Counted from the stretch's first letter, positions 37,650 through 47,660 are shown. The stretch is DNA of 64,000 bases from Candidatus Micrarchaeota archaeon (GCA_021817325.1 JAKAVK010000014.1:8678-72677), one strand, 5' to 3'. Notes: generated from the letters alone by a model not told the origin. Translations and numbers: made by a program.

Positions 37650-38456
37650 ATGACAGCGAGATTAAGGAGCGGCATAGAGAAGGCACATGCAGTGGAAAGG
37701 AACATAATCGACCATACCCTGCCTGCCCTCAGACGACTCAGCGCAGGAACGCCTACTGGCATAAAGGTAGCGGTTGGTGTATTCGCAGTCGGAGCCGCAG
37801 CGGCTTACGCCATACCTGCCACGCTCGCTTCGGGGCCCGCCAGAAGCACTCGCCCTAGCAGCGAGGTGAGGGCACAGATAATAGACGAGGCAGAATCGCA
37901 GCTGGGCGTGCCTTACTGCTGGGGCAGCGAAGCTCCAGCGGGAACGGCTCCAAAGGGCTATAGAAATGGCAACCCATGCTCTGATAACCCTAGCTATCCA
38001 GCAGGTTATCCAGTCTATATCAAGCAGAAGTGGACCAGCCGGTCAGGCGGCTTCGACAATTCCGGGCTTGTCGACTGGGCTGTGTCCGCAGCCGGGGTCA
38101 AGACATTTGGCACTTATGGAAACGATGTTCACGGCCTTGATACGGCCCAGCAGTGGGCAAAGGTGCAGCAATACCTGGTAGCTAAACCCAGCGCAGGTGA
38201 CCTTGTGTTTTTCACTTCAGGTTCAAATCCGCAGCCAACCTTCGTCGGCATATGCGCGATACCAAACTGCAATGCAATTGTAGCGGCCCCCGCAACTGGC
38301 GGAGTGGTAGCAAACATGGCGATCCGGACAGGAGAGGTAACCTCAAAAGAGGGCCTTGCGGGTTACATGCAGGCAGAACCTCTTGCGAACGGCAGCCTCA
38401 CCCCTTTCGGTAAGATCGCAGGTTATGCCGATCTGACCATCTCCAAGAGAAGCTAA
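37650..38456 (+). CDS. Membrane-anchored/secreted NlpC/P60-family protein lacking catalytic Cys and His
   Basis: N-terminal TM; AESQLGVPYCWG, GFDNSGLV (canonical FDCSG), GDLVFF, TFVGI (canonical HVGI). Confidence 0.8.
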   Translation: MTARLRSGIEKAHAVERNIIDHTLPALRRLSAGTPTGIKVAVGVFAVGAAAAYAIPATLASGPARSTRPSSEVRAQIIDEAESQLGVPYCWGSEAPAGTAPKGYRNGNPCSDNPSYPAGYPVYIKQKWTSRSGGFDNSGLVDWAVSAAGVKTFGTYGNDVHGLDTAQQWAKVQQYLVAKPSAGDLVFFTSGSNPQPTFVGICAIPNCNAIVAAPATGGVVANMAIRTGEVTSKEGLAGYMQAEPLANGSLTPFGKIAGYADLTISKRS

Positions 38457-38825
38457 GGAATGAATTCACGTCTGCAACGGTCTGGCAGAAACAAAAGCCA
38501 GACTCTCCAAAGGAATTGCCAGCAATAATGATCGCGAGAACTCGTAACTTAACGTAGATTTATCCGCGCTGTAGAAAAGACGGCCCATGCTGTCCGAGTT
38601 CCTTAACGTGGTGCATGGTGACCTATGCGGGAAGTACGACAACGTTATTCTTCCAGGAGATGGGCTTTGCATCCTGACAGGTCCTATAGTCAATTTGCAT
38701 GCGTTGCAATTAGATAAGCAAGCAGTAGATTAGGCCAAAACGAAGATAAATCTTTTTAATGGTGTCCTCTAAATATCACTTTATGTATAAGAAAAGAGGT
38801 AAATGTGCAAATATGGATTGAGTTT

Positions 38826-39467
38826 ATGTCAAGAGCAAAGTTAACTAGACAGGAAAAAACAGACTATCTCGTTGCAGGCCTGGGGATGTTAGCCGAGGCA
38901 GACAGGAGGGGCGGCCCTGCCAACCTTGACCCTGCGACAATTCTGAAGCTAACAATGCGCGCAATGCCCTCTGTGGCAAGCATTCGCAGGAGTGCGCAGG
39001 GCAGGGGCTTATCACGCGATGAGGTCGAGAGAGAGCTCGCGGGGCTTATTCACGAAGTCAGGCGGATAGCAGGCCCAATGGGCTTGAAGACGCATGCGGA
39101 GATGCTGGAGAGAGTAGATGAACTTGTAGAGAAGCTCGAGTATCCTCCTTTCCGGACCCTGGCACCCTCACTAACAGATCCTGAATTGAAGAAGGCGCTA
39201 GAGCTTCTTGTTACGGGAATGGCAAAGTGGACAGGCAGAAGAGTTGGCGAAGCAGAACGCCAGAAGGCATTAAGAGAATTTGATGCATACCTAGCGTCCG
39301 TAGCAAGAGAAAAAGGACGTAGCAGGAGGGAGATTGGCGATGAATTCAGGATGGTCATGAGAAAGATCGAACCCATGGCTAAGGGATATGTCGCGTTAGT
39401 GCAGACAAGGGCCATTACTGCTGACCAAGCGGCACAGAGCCTTTTAAATTTCCTTGAAGGCGCCTGA
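38826..39467 (+). CDS. Hypothetical alpha-helical protein
   Basis: Long ORF with coding-like composition; no motif recognised. Confidence 0.6.
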   Translation: MSRAKLTRQEKTDYLVAGLGMLAEADRRGGPANLDPATILKLTMRAMPSVASIRRSAQGRGLSRDEVERELAGLIHEVRRIAGPMGLKTHAEMLERVDELVEKLEYPPFRTLAPSLTDPELKKALELLVTGMAKWTGRRVGEAERQKALREFDAYLASVAREKGRSRREIGDEFRMVMRKIEPMAKGYVALVQTRAITADQAAQSLLNFLEGA

Positions 39468-39648
39468 GACCAGAAGGAGCGGCGCAGGCGCGCCGCAAGG
39501 AGCGCAGAAGCAATAAATTAGAATCTCTAAAAGAATGTTAGAGTACATGTAATATGGGCTGCAATGAACGACTGAGACAAAGAAGGCAGAGAAGCGGAGG
39601 ATGACTTCTGGAAAAACAGTATAAACACGGGAAAAAGGGACAGATGAG

Positions 39649-40269
39649 ATGCAAATAAAATCACGATTAAGGCCTGAAAAGGCAGTGATAGGCGTTGTTC
39701 ACGAGGACTGGAATCTTGGTGAGACCCTGGCAGAGCTTGCAGCAATGAGATTCAAGCGCCTTGGCCTGGAAGTGCCCTCTGATTATAAAGAAAGAAAGTT
39801 AACTCACAAAATTGCCTTCTTCGATTCAATTGCAGCGGCATATTGCGGCACAAAAGTTGAGATAGTCCCGCTGGATGATGCGGCGCTCAATGTCGCAGCT
39901 ATGCGCCATTCTAGCGCAATTGAGATTGCAGTAGAAATATTGGTGTCTGGCATTACTTATGGCACCTTCCCTAAGAGTGTCGTGCAGTCAGTAGGCAATT
40001 ATATTCGCTCAACAGATCCTGCTTATTTTGAGAAGGAAGCCAGGATACTAACTGAGGGGGTTGATGATGTGCTGAGAAATGGCCTTGCTAGCCAATGGAT
40101 AAATACTTTTCATGTAATAAACGGTCAGAGGACCAAGAAGATGCTGGAAACGGTGCAGAGAAGGAGGGTTGATGTAGTTGTGGTTGGTGATATGCATGCA
40201 AAAGACCTGGCGCGTCACCTGCCAAGATACCGTTACATACAGCTGCTCGGCTCCGCAGCGCGTCCATGA
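39649..40269 (+). CDS. TraB/GumN/Tiki-like (EreA/ChaN superfamily) protein
   Basis: N-terminal VIGVVHE and C-terminal VVVVGDMH bracket motifs. Confidence 0.5.
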   Translation: MQIKSRLRPEKAVIGVVHEDWNLGETLAELAAMRFKRLGLEVPSDYKERKLTHKIAFFDSIAAAYCGTKVEIVPLDDAALNVAAMRHSSAIEIAVEILVSGITYGTFPKSVVQSVGNYIRSTDPAYFEKEARILTEGVDDVLRNGLASQWINTFHVINGQRTKKMLETVQRRRVDVVVVGDMHAKDLARHLPRYRYIQLLGSAARP

Positions 40270-41574
40270 ATTTGGAAGTTAAGCAAATAGCCTGCGAGAT
40301 GCGTTAGATTCCATATTTTTGGAGATGAAAAGCATCTGATAAAAGTTGCATATTGCATATTTTTGGAATACGCCTTGTTTTGGTGAGCCCATCCCCCTTG
40401 TGCTGAAAAACAGGCAGAAAAGAGTGCCTCTCTCTCATGCGCACATTTTTCTGCCAGTTATATGGAACTCATGCTTTTTATTCCGAAAAAATGAAAGATA
40501 AGAACCGTGCCACAAGAAATAGTGGAAGTGTGGTGCAGAGACTGTCTCCGACGTCAAAATATTGCATGCAAAAGGGCGTAATTCAACACATCTTTATTCA
40601 TTCGACTAATTAAGCGCTTGGAAGAAGCATGCATTAAAGCTCAAATATAGAAGAAATCTGCCAGTGCTAAGAATATCTAAGAAAAACTCAAAGATTTCTT
40701 ATCAAGCATTCTGAGTCTGCTGCATAGGAATCGAGCAAAGATCTCCAAAGATATCGCATAAAGCGTGACCCACCAACTCTGACAATTGCACAGCCTTCCT
40801 ACCCCTTAGAGCCATCTTCGGATGCCATCCAATTATCCTGGCCGAGAACGGCAGTCTGCCTGCATAGAAAATCGCATCGTTTGCTGCTTTTGTAGCGCCA
40901 TTATTCATGCCATTCCAGCTGCAGCCTGCCGTCCATCCTGTTTAAATTTATCTATCGCAGCAAATTCTCCATCCAACTCCCTCTTGGTCTCTTTGAGTAT
41001 CGCATGCTGTATCCCATTCTCGCTCTCATGCAAAGTCCTACTCATAATTTGTTGGATTTACTAGAATAGTTTAAGTATATCCCAAGAAGTGCTCATTTCT
41101 GTTCAACAAGACATATCTAATAACACCAATACCCTGTATGATATCTTATTGATGGCACATGCATATGTGGCTCACCTGCCTGCGCAGGTCGGGAAGTAAT
41201 AACACCCTTTCCAACAGACCATTAAATATGTGGAAAGCCTGCTCCTGAAAACGCAAATGCACATAGAAACAGATTAATCTGAAAAATTGCTAGAGAAACT
41301 AATATACTTTTAGAAGCCGATAACGGATCAGCAATACCTCATTCTTGCTATTATACCAATACCTTCAGGTTTCAGGCAAACGGATAGCGGTTTTACCAAA
41401 CAATATCTGGTATCTATAGAATCCATTCTGCGTAAAGTCGCCAGATCGGTGTGTGCAGCTAGTTGGCTTCTTTCCTATCCCAGATACGACTCCAATTCTG
41501 CAGCCTGTATAACTTCTCCTAATGCGACAGTTCGCACCTGACATAGGCGCCCACAAAGAGATTACCATGACTGC

Positions 41575-42219
41575 TCAGACTGCTAATAGTCCTTTCAGCT
41601 CCGCAACGTGCTCCATTTCCGCCCTGTTTGCTAGCCTGGAATTCCTCTTCCTTACAAACTGCATCGTAGTCATGCCGTCAAAGATGGTCATGGCTGCGGC
41701 GCTGTTGTTCATAACATCTAAGCTTATAGGCACATAGAACAGGTATGGAAGAAACTCCGGTATGCTGGCCTGAGCCTGCACGGCCTGTGCAAGCATGCGC
41801 TTGTAGGACGCTTCACTCTCCTTGCCGCTTGTATAAAGGTTTACCTCCTCCTTCGGAAAACCAAGGGCCAGCCCTATGCTTCTGTTGCTCCTTGCCGCAC
41901 GCAATCTCTTCAGCGCGCCGCTGTCAACAGCTACCTCGTATGACATTCTTGATCGTCCTGTCCCATCGACATTCTCTCCCCTGCTGACGCTGAGTCCTAG
42001 CCTTCTCATCATGCGAATCTCGGTCCGCTCCTCTATTAGATTCTTGATCCAGTTCTGCGTCTCCCTCCTCTCCAGCAGCCCGTCGATGCGCAGTATTGCA
42101 GCCGGTTTTCTCCGAGTTACAACCAAATACAATGCGAGTTCCTGCCTTGCATTCAGCTCAAGCTTCCGTGCAAGCTTTGCCACTGCGTCTTCAGTAGTAA
42201 GCATTGTTCTATTAGCCAT
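41575..42219 (-). CDS. Hypothetical protein (DUF483-like GxxLGF/YP motif)
   Basis: KPAA and IGLALGFPKEEV motifs; family assignment tentative. Confidence 0.55.
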   Translation of the reverse strand: MANRTMLTTEDAVAKLARKLELNARQELALYLVVTRRKPAAILRIDGLLERRETQNWIKNLIEERTEIRMMRRLGLSVSRGENVDGTGRSRMSYEVAVDSGALKRLRAARSNRSIGLALGFPKEEVNLYTSGKESEASYKRMLAQAVQAQASIPEFLPYLFYVPISLDVMNNSAAAMTIFDGMTTMQFVRKRNSRLANRAEMEHVAELKGLLAV

Positions 42220-42418
42220 GATCTATAACGCCTCCTCTGTCCGCACCAAGTGCGATTCTATGCGGCAAATCCGGCAGGCCTGCCTGGGCACCACCGTGGT
42301 CTGCGGCATGCTCTGCGCGTCCTTCTATGTTTCTAATACTGGCCCATTCTTATTTTAAGCTTTTGTTCTAAGGCCGTATTCCTCCATGTTGCCTGCCACA
42401 TGCATTCCAGGCGCCGGC

Positions 42419-43030
42419 CTATTGCGGCAGATTGCCGTCTGATACATTTTGCGTGCTCATTGAAATGAAGTATGTATGTCCAACGCCAGATACATACCTG
42501 CGCGCAGCCTTAAGCGACGCCGCACACTGCGCCGGCGTATCCCTCTTGTTCTCAGCAGGCCAGGTATATAATGCCCCATTATTCTTCTCTCTGAGTAAAG
42601 CAGGCAGTCCCATCTTCGAGTATTCTTCTACCAGCTGAGTGCTCTGCACTCTTGGCCATATTCTAATATAATAAAATTGTGTGTCTGATAGCTCTACGAC
42701 CAGACGCTTGTCTCTTCCTGCGGGCCTCTTGCTGCTTACCTCCACCCCGTCTACGTAGATGTCAAGCATGTTTCCCTTTCCTCCATATGTCATGAATTCC
42801 TGCGTCAGCCTGCCTTTTGGAGTGAGCCTGTCCTCTACAACCACACTAAACTGCGCCGTTGCAGGGAAGCCTATCTCAACTACGCTTCCCTTTGGCACTG
42901 TCGCAACGCAGGTTTTGGAATCGGTACTCAAAGAGCCAAGTGCCGTGCCTGACTGAAATGGCTGTATTATGGAAGCCGCTGCAATTGCAGCTGCAGCAAA
43001 TGGCCTCGGTTTTCTATCATTAAATCTCAT
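42419..43030 (-). CDS. Hypothetical secreted protein
   Basis: Basic N-terminus plus Ala-rich hydrophobic signal; beta-rich body; two Cys. Confidence 0.6.
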   Translation of the reverse strand: MRFNDRKPRPFAAAAIAAASIIQPFQSGTALGSLSTDSKTCVATVPKGSVVEIGFPATAQFSVVVEDRLTPKGRLTQEFMTYGGKGNMLDIYVDGVEVSSKRPAGRDKRLVVELSDTQFYYIRIWPRVQSTQLVEEYSKMGLPALLREKNNGALYTWPAENKRDTPAQCAASLKAARRYVSGVGHTYFISMSTQNVSDGNLPQ

Positions 43031-43218
43031 AGTTATTACTTCAGATGATTATCGGAATTGGTGGTACTTATACCTTTCCTATAATACCCAAATAATGATG
43101 TTATTTTGTCACAATGCAACACAGAAACAAAAAAGCCGCTTGACTCATGGTTGCCCTGCCGCAATGCCACCAGCCAAAAAGCTATTTATGCATGCGCTGG
43201 CAATAAGATTGTGATTAT

Positions 43219-43473
43219 ATGATAAGTGCAGTCATTACTTCACTGGATAAGGACAAGCTTCTGGCCACCCCATCTGGAAATATTGATCCAGCTGAACTTG
43301 TAGGCAGAAAGGCAAGATACTTGGATAAAAACGGCAAGATATGGCCCGGCACAATCAGAGGTGCAGATGATCCGTTTGTCATAGTGGCGTTCGAGACCTT
43401 TCCAAGCGGCCTTGGGCAGGGGCAGCTCCTTGACATATGGGAGGACGGCGACAGCGAAGCTGATTTCGCATAA
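43219..43473 (+). CDS. Divergent ribosomal protein eL33 (L35Ae)-like beta-barrel protein
   Basis: ELVGRKARYLDKNGKIWPGTI...VIVAFETFPSGLGQGQLLDI parallels the L35Ae pattern (liGr.v.w...Gk...G.I...V...Fe..lPg.alG...I). Confidence 0.5.
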   Translation: MISAVITSLDKDKLLATPSGNIDPAELVGRKARYLDKNGKIWPGTIRGADDPFVIVAFETFPSGLGQGQLLDIWEDGDSEADFA

Positions 43474-43564
43474 GGTCGCATTCATGCGGCAATGCCCTAA
43501 GATACCTGGTACACATGCTTCACGAGATGCAACGGTAGAAGCGTTATATACTTTTAGCTCTTAG

Positions 43565-44428
43565 TTGGATGTCATGGGAAAGCTTGTCGAGATCCTCAAG
43601 CTGACAAGGATAGAGCACAGCCTGCTTCTTCTTGTAGCTGTGGTCTCCGCAGAGCTTATCGCAGGATGGCATATCGGCCCCCTGAAGCTAGCGCTGAGCC
43701 TGATAACGCCGGTATTTATAAGCATGGCTGCATTTGCGATAAACGATTACTTCGACATAAAAGTTGACAAGCTGAACCACCGCACGAGGCCTCTCGTCAC
43801 AGGGACTATAAAGCCCGGCGAGGCGATCAATATAACGATAGCAAGCCTGATAATAGGTGTGGGCGCAAGCGCGTTCATAAACCCCGGCAGCTTTGCAATA
43901 GCAGCGATATTCGGCCTTCTTGCGCTTCTATACAGCTACAAGCTCAAGGAGAAGCTCTTCTGGGGCAATGCATACATAGCATTCTCGATGGCCATACCAT
44001 TCATATACGGGAGCTATGTTGCAGGCAACGCGGTAAGGTTGAACATACTGCTTGTCGCAATCATGATCTTCCTCAGCGGCCTTGCGCGCGAGATACACGG
44101 TACAATACGCGATTACAGCGGAGATGTACTTATCAGGAATGCGCATACAATACCGAAGAAGGTGGGTATCAAGGCATCTGCCTATCTTGCAGCAATTCTG
44201 TACGCCTCGGCAATACTCCTAAGCATCTACCTCTTTGCAGCAGTCCCCCCATTTAGGCTCAACGTCGCATATGGCCTGTTCGTGTTCTTCACAGACGCGA
44301 TGCTGGTATACGTAAGCCTGATATACTTTTCCAGGCATGCCAGCAGATACTATGACCTTGCAAGGAACCTCTCGCTGTTTGCCATGGGGCTGGCCCTGGT
44401 CGCGATACTTCTCTCTCCGCTAATCTGA
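43565..44428 (+). CDS. UbiA-family prenyltransferase, likely digeranylgeranylglyceryl phosphate synthase
   Basis: NDYFDIKVDKLNHRTRPLVTG, YSYKLK, REIHGTIRDYSGD; about 8 TM helices. Confidence 0.85.
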   Translation: MDVMGKLVEILKLTRIEHSLLLLVAVVSAELIAGWHIGPLKLALSLITPVFISMAAFAINDYFDIKVDKLNHRTRPLVTGTIKPGEAINITIASLIIGVGASAFINPGSFAIAAIFGLLALLYSYKLKEKLFWGNAYIAFSMAIPFIYGSYVAGNAVRLNILLVAIMIFLSGLAREIHGTIRDYSGDVLIRNAHTIPKKVGIKASAYLAAILYASAILLSIYLFAAVPPFRLNVAYGLFVFFTDAMLVYVSLIYFSRHASRYYDLARNLSLFAMGLALVAILLSPLI

Positions 44429-46234
44429 CTGCCTGCGTCCCCTTGCTGCCCGCTTAGTCTCATTCCTAGTCCCATTGCCAGGCGCCCTGACCAGCTGAGC
44501 TATCATTACAATGAGCATTATGACCACTACAACCAGGAGGATCAATAGTATGTAGTATACCTGGCTTATCTCAACCTTGATGCCTGTTATCTGCGCCTCT
44601 ACACTTATCCCAGTCGGCGCAGCCTGATACAGTGGCGTTGTGCTGTGCACAAACGAGGCTGTGATCTGCCGGTTTGCGTATTGTAGTCCCTGTGCAAGCT
44701 GCATTGTGGTGTACGCCGAGTATACATACGCGCTCCTGTTGCTCGCGTTAGTGCTGAGGCCGGCCTCGTACAGATAGAACTGCGACTGTTTTGCGAACTG
44801 CGAAGGCCATACACCGTAGTTGTACGCTGAAAGATTCGATGCTATTGCGCCTGCGCTTATTGGCGAGGCATTGAACTGCCTGCTCTGGTTGTCAAACGTA
44901 TTAGCGTATACGGCTGCATACAGCGCAGCGCCGTACAGGCCCTCCTGATAATCCTGCACCGCCGCATTCTTGTACATGCCGTTGCTTATGTCTGGGCTCT
45001 GTATGTAAGAGGCGGCTAGCGCCTTTATTGATTGCGATGTATTTACATAATCGGTCCCGCCAATGCGGGTGGCTATGCTGTACATCTGATTTGCGGCATT
45101 GCACCATCCAGCAGACGACGCAGCCACGTCAAGGCTGCTCAGTACGCCATCCGAGGATTCGGACTGATTGAGCAGCTGCTCCGAGTATCCGAGGTTTATC
45201 TCCCCCCACGTCTGGCGCATCTCCCCTCCTATCACATACTCGTAATTGGCGCTTGTCATCGGTGGCGGCGCCAGTGAGGTGCAATAAGAGTCCAGGTTCT
45301 CCATGACCTGGAGCGCATGCGCAAAGGTCGCATTGCCAGAGTTTGCGAACATAAATGCATTTATGTACTCAAGATATGCCAGATCCGAAGCACTGTAGAG
45401 ATATCCCTTTGCCCCAAGCTGCCTGTACTGGTCAAGCTGCCCCATCATCTGGCGCTTCACCGCGCTATAATTGTCGCTGAGTAGATTTACCTCTGCGGCA
45501 GTTGCGTTCAGCGTGTAGTTGGCAAGCAGCGCAAACGCGCTGTTGTTGCAGGCGGTGCAGGCCAGGTTGGTTGCCGGTAGCGATCCTACGCTGTAGTTCT
45601 CAGACAGGTTGAAGCTGAGAGGCTCAGAACTCACATCCCCAAATGCGTACGGCAGTGCCTGCGTGACATTGGCCACCTCTACGAGGGGCACGTTGAAATG
45701 CTGCTGCGCTATGTAATAGAACTCCTCTTCGAAACTGTACGGCGGTGCATACGGCACAAGCACAAACCTCATGCCCTGCTCCTTTGCCGCTTCCACCTTA
45801 TTGTAAACGCCTCCTATCTCGCCTACGCTTCCATTGGAAGCTATGGTACCAGTGACAGTGAAGTTGTCGGCAAGGGGCCTGTGCTGCAGCGCCGAGATGG
45901 CAAGTAGGGTGAATGCAAGGCCCGCGCTCGGCCCGGAGATGTTGCTGCTGTTATCGATCCTGTACTTGAAGGTATAGTTGTTCTCGTTGTAGCCCAGGTA
46001 CTCTGACGCGTAGGCCGCAGCTGTTATCGCGGAATCGGTGGTGCTTGAGCCTACGTTGTTTGGCCCGACGACATATACCATGCCATGGCCCGGAGTCACG
46101 TTCAAGGACACGTACGTCAGTATGCCGTTGTCCGCATTTAGCAGCACTGCAGGCGCGCGTATATACGAGGTATACGCGCCTGCCCAGCCGAGCAAAAGCA
46201 CGGCTGCAAGCATGATCACTAGTAGACTCTTCAT
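44420..46234 (-). CDS. Secreted, C-terminally anchored S16 (Lon-like) serine protease without ATPase domain
   Basis: Signal peptide; ISGPSAG (catalytic Ser), TGTIASNGSVGEIGGVYNKVEAA (catalytic Lys); C-terminal TM plus basic tail. Confidence 0.85.
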   Translation of the reverse strand: MKSLLVIMLAAVLLLGWAGAYTSYIRAPAVLLNADNGILTYVSLNVTPGHGMVYVVGPNNVGSSTTDSAITAAAYASEYLGYNENNYTFKYRIDNSSNISGPSAGLAFTLLAISALQHRPLADNFTVTGTIASNGSVGEIGGVYNKVEAAKEQGMRFVLVPYAPPYSFEEEFYYIAQQHFNVPLVEVANVTQALPYAFGDVSSEPLSFNLSENYSVGSLPATNLACTACNNSAFALLANYTLNATAAEVNLLSDNYSAVKRQMMGQLDQYRQLGAKGYLYSASDLAYLEYINAFMFANSGNATFAHALQVMENLDSYCTSLAPPPMTSANYEYVIGGEMRQTWGEINLGYSEQLLNQSESSDGVLSSLDVAASSAGWCNAANQMYSIATRIGGTDYVNTSQSIKALAASYIQSPDISNGMYKNAAVQDYQEGLYGAALYAAVYANTFDNQSRQFNASPISAGAIASNLSAYNYGVWPSQFAKQSQFYLYEAGLSTNASNRSAYVYSAYTTMQLAQGLQYANRQITASFVHSTTPLYQAAPTGISVEAQITGIKVEISQVYYILLILLVVVVIMLIVMIAQLVRAPGNGTRNETKRAARGRRQSD

Positions 46235-46369
46235 CGGAATTATCTTTACTACTCAAGATTTAAAACAGTTGCGCAGTATTTAGTCTTTTCAATGCCAATG
46301 CGCCCCCACGCGCATGCGGCATTGCCACCGTAAGCACGCTACGCGCTGCAGGCATTCCATCGGCAGCCT

Positions 46370-47656
46370 CTAGAAGTCGCTTATCCTGCTTTGTCTGTTA
46401 CTCTTGTTCTCGTTGCTTATCGTATTTGATATATCCACAATTCCGAACACGCCGTCGTATCCCGGAATCACACGCACGCGCTCGGCCCTGACATTACCTA
46501 TGGCATTTGCCAGTTCCTGGTCGGCTTTCCCAAGCTCATCGAGTCTTACGCGCAGAAGGATATCGAATTCCGTCCCGAACCTGGCTATCAGGTCGTCATA
46601 TGCCTTGTTTACGTATGCGGTTCCTACGCCCTTCTTCTTGACGTGCGCTATTATCTCCTGAAGCGGCACCGTATGCACGAACGGTGGCCGGGCTGCAGGC
46701 CTGTATCCTTCCTCCCTGTCGGCAAGTTCCTCGACCCTATGAAGGACGCCTATGGTGAGCCTCTTCCTGCACACAGGGCAGAGGTTGTTGTACTTCTTTG
46801 CCTCTGCGGGAGGCAGTGAGATATTACAATTTCTGTGTCCGTCGTAATGATACTTGCCCTCCTCAGGGTAGAAGTCCACTGTCATCTTTATCTTCTGCCC
46901 CCGTATTGCGGATATTATCGAGTCGTAAGACGGGCTGCTGCCCAGCTCGAAGACCGTGGCTTTTCTCCCCATCTTCTGCAGCGAGTGCGCATCGCTGGTC
47001 CCTATCAGTGCGTACCTGTCAAGTTTCGAGACACGCCAGTTCATGGCCGGATCGCTGCTCAGTCCCATGTCTATGGCGCTGATGTGCCTTGCCTGGTCCC
47101 CGTAGGCCTCCTCCACCGAGTTGAATCCCGAGAACGCCCCGAGCGCACCGAACCAAGGAGTCCAGAGATGCGCAGGGAAGATAAAATTGCGCTTGTCGAC
47201 CGCCATGACTGCCTCGACAAGCTCGCTTGCGGTTATCTTCAGTATGGGCCTTCCGTCAATCGAGAGGTCGCCGTACTTTGCAAGGCTCTCGTTGATCTGC
47301 TCAACAGCGCCTATGTCAGGTGCGAGAAGCACATGGTGTATCTTCTTGACATGCCCCTCGGTGCTGAACATGCCCAGCTTCTGCGATGTGCCCGTGCCGT
47401 CGTTGAATATAGTGCATATCTCACTGCCTAGCAAAAACCTGGTGTCCGAGGCTCCGCCCATTATCCTGTAAAGGCCACCATCCTCCTCAAGCGTAGACTT
47501 TATATCCTTGAGCCAGAGGGGGTGGGTGAAGTCTCCTGTAGCTATTATACTGATGCCTTTCTTCTGCGCAGTCTCTGCCATTGCAGGAAGGAGAAGGCGC
47601 TCGCTGCATGCCCCCGCGTACTTGGAATGAAGATGCAGATCCGCTATGTATTCCAT
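46370..47656 (-). CDS. endoQ: Endonuclease Q family (PHP domain plus zinc finger)
   Basis: ADLHLHSKY, IATGDFTHP, PAHLWTPW, SDAHS, FYPEEGKYHYDGHRNC, CPVC, GVLHRVEEL, PGYDGVFG. Confidence 0.9.
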   Translation of the reverse strand: MEYIADLHLHSKYAGACSERLLLPAMAETAQKKGISIIATGDFTHPLWLKDIKSTLEEDGGLYRIMGGASDTRFLLGSEICTIFNDGTGTSQKLGMFSTEGHVKKIHHVLLAPDIGAVEQINESLAKYGDLSIDGRPILKITASELVEAVMAVDKRNFIFPAHLWTPWFGALGAFSGFNSVEEAYGDQARHISAIDMGLSSDPAMNWRVSKLDRYALIGTSDAHSLQKMGRKATVFELGSSPSYDSIISAIRGQKIKMTVDFYPEEGKYHYDGHRNCNISLPPAEAKKYNNLCPVCRKRLTIGVLHRVEELADREEGYRPAARPPFVHTVPLQEIIAHVKKKGVGTAYVNKAYDDLIARFGTEFDILLRVRLDELGKADQELANAIGNVRAERVRVIPGYDGVFGIVDISNTISNENKSNRQSRISDF

Positions 47657-47660
47657 TTGC

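Noticed and set aside
38215-38240. GGTTCAAATCC tRNA T-loop-like motif
   Set aside because: Inside the NlpC/P60 CDS; no T-stem beyond 2 bp and no cloverleaf
38466-38700. Possible small or frameshifted minus-strand gene between the NlpC/P60 gene and 38826
   Set aside because: Only short fragments with no motif; cannot be distinguished from random ORFs
13447-46326. Recurrent GCAWTGC motif in several intergenic regions (13447, 15942, 22250, 43161, 43489, 46319)
   Set aside because: A degenerate 7-mer is expected roughly 8 times by chance in 64 kb; no longer shared consensus was visible
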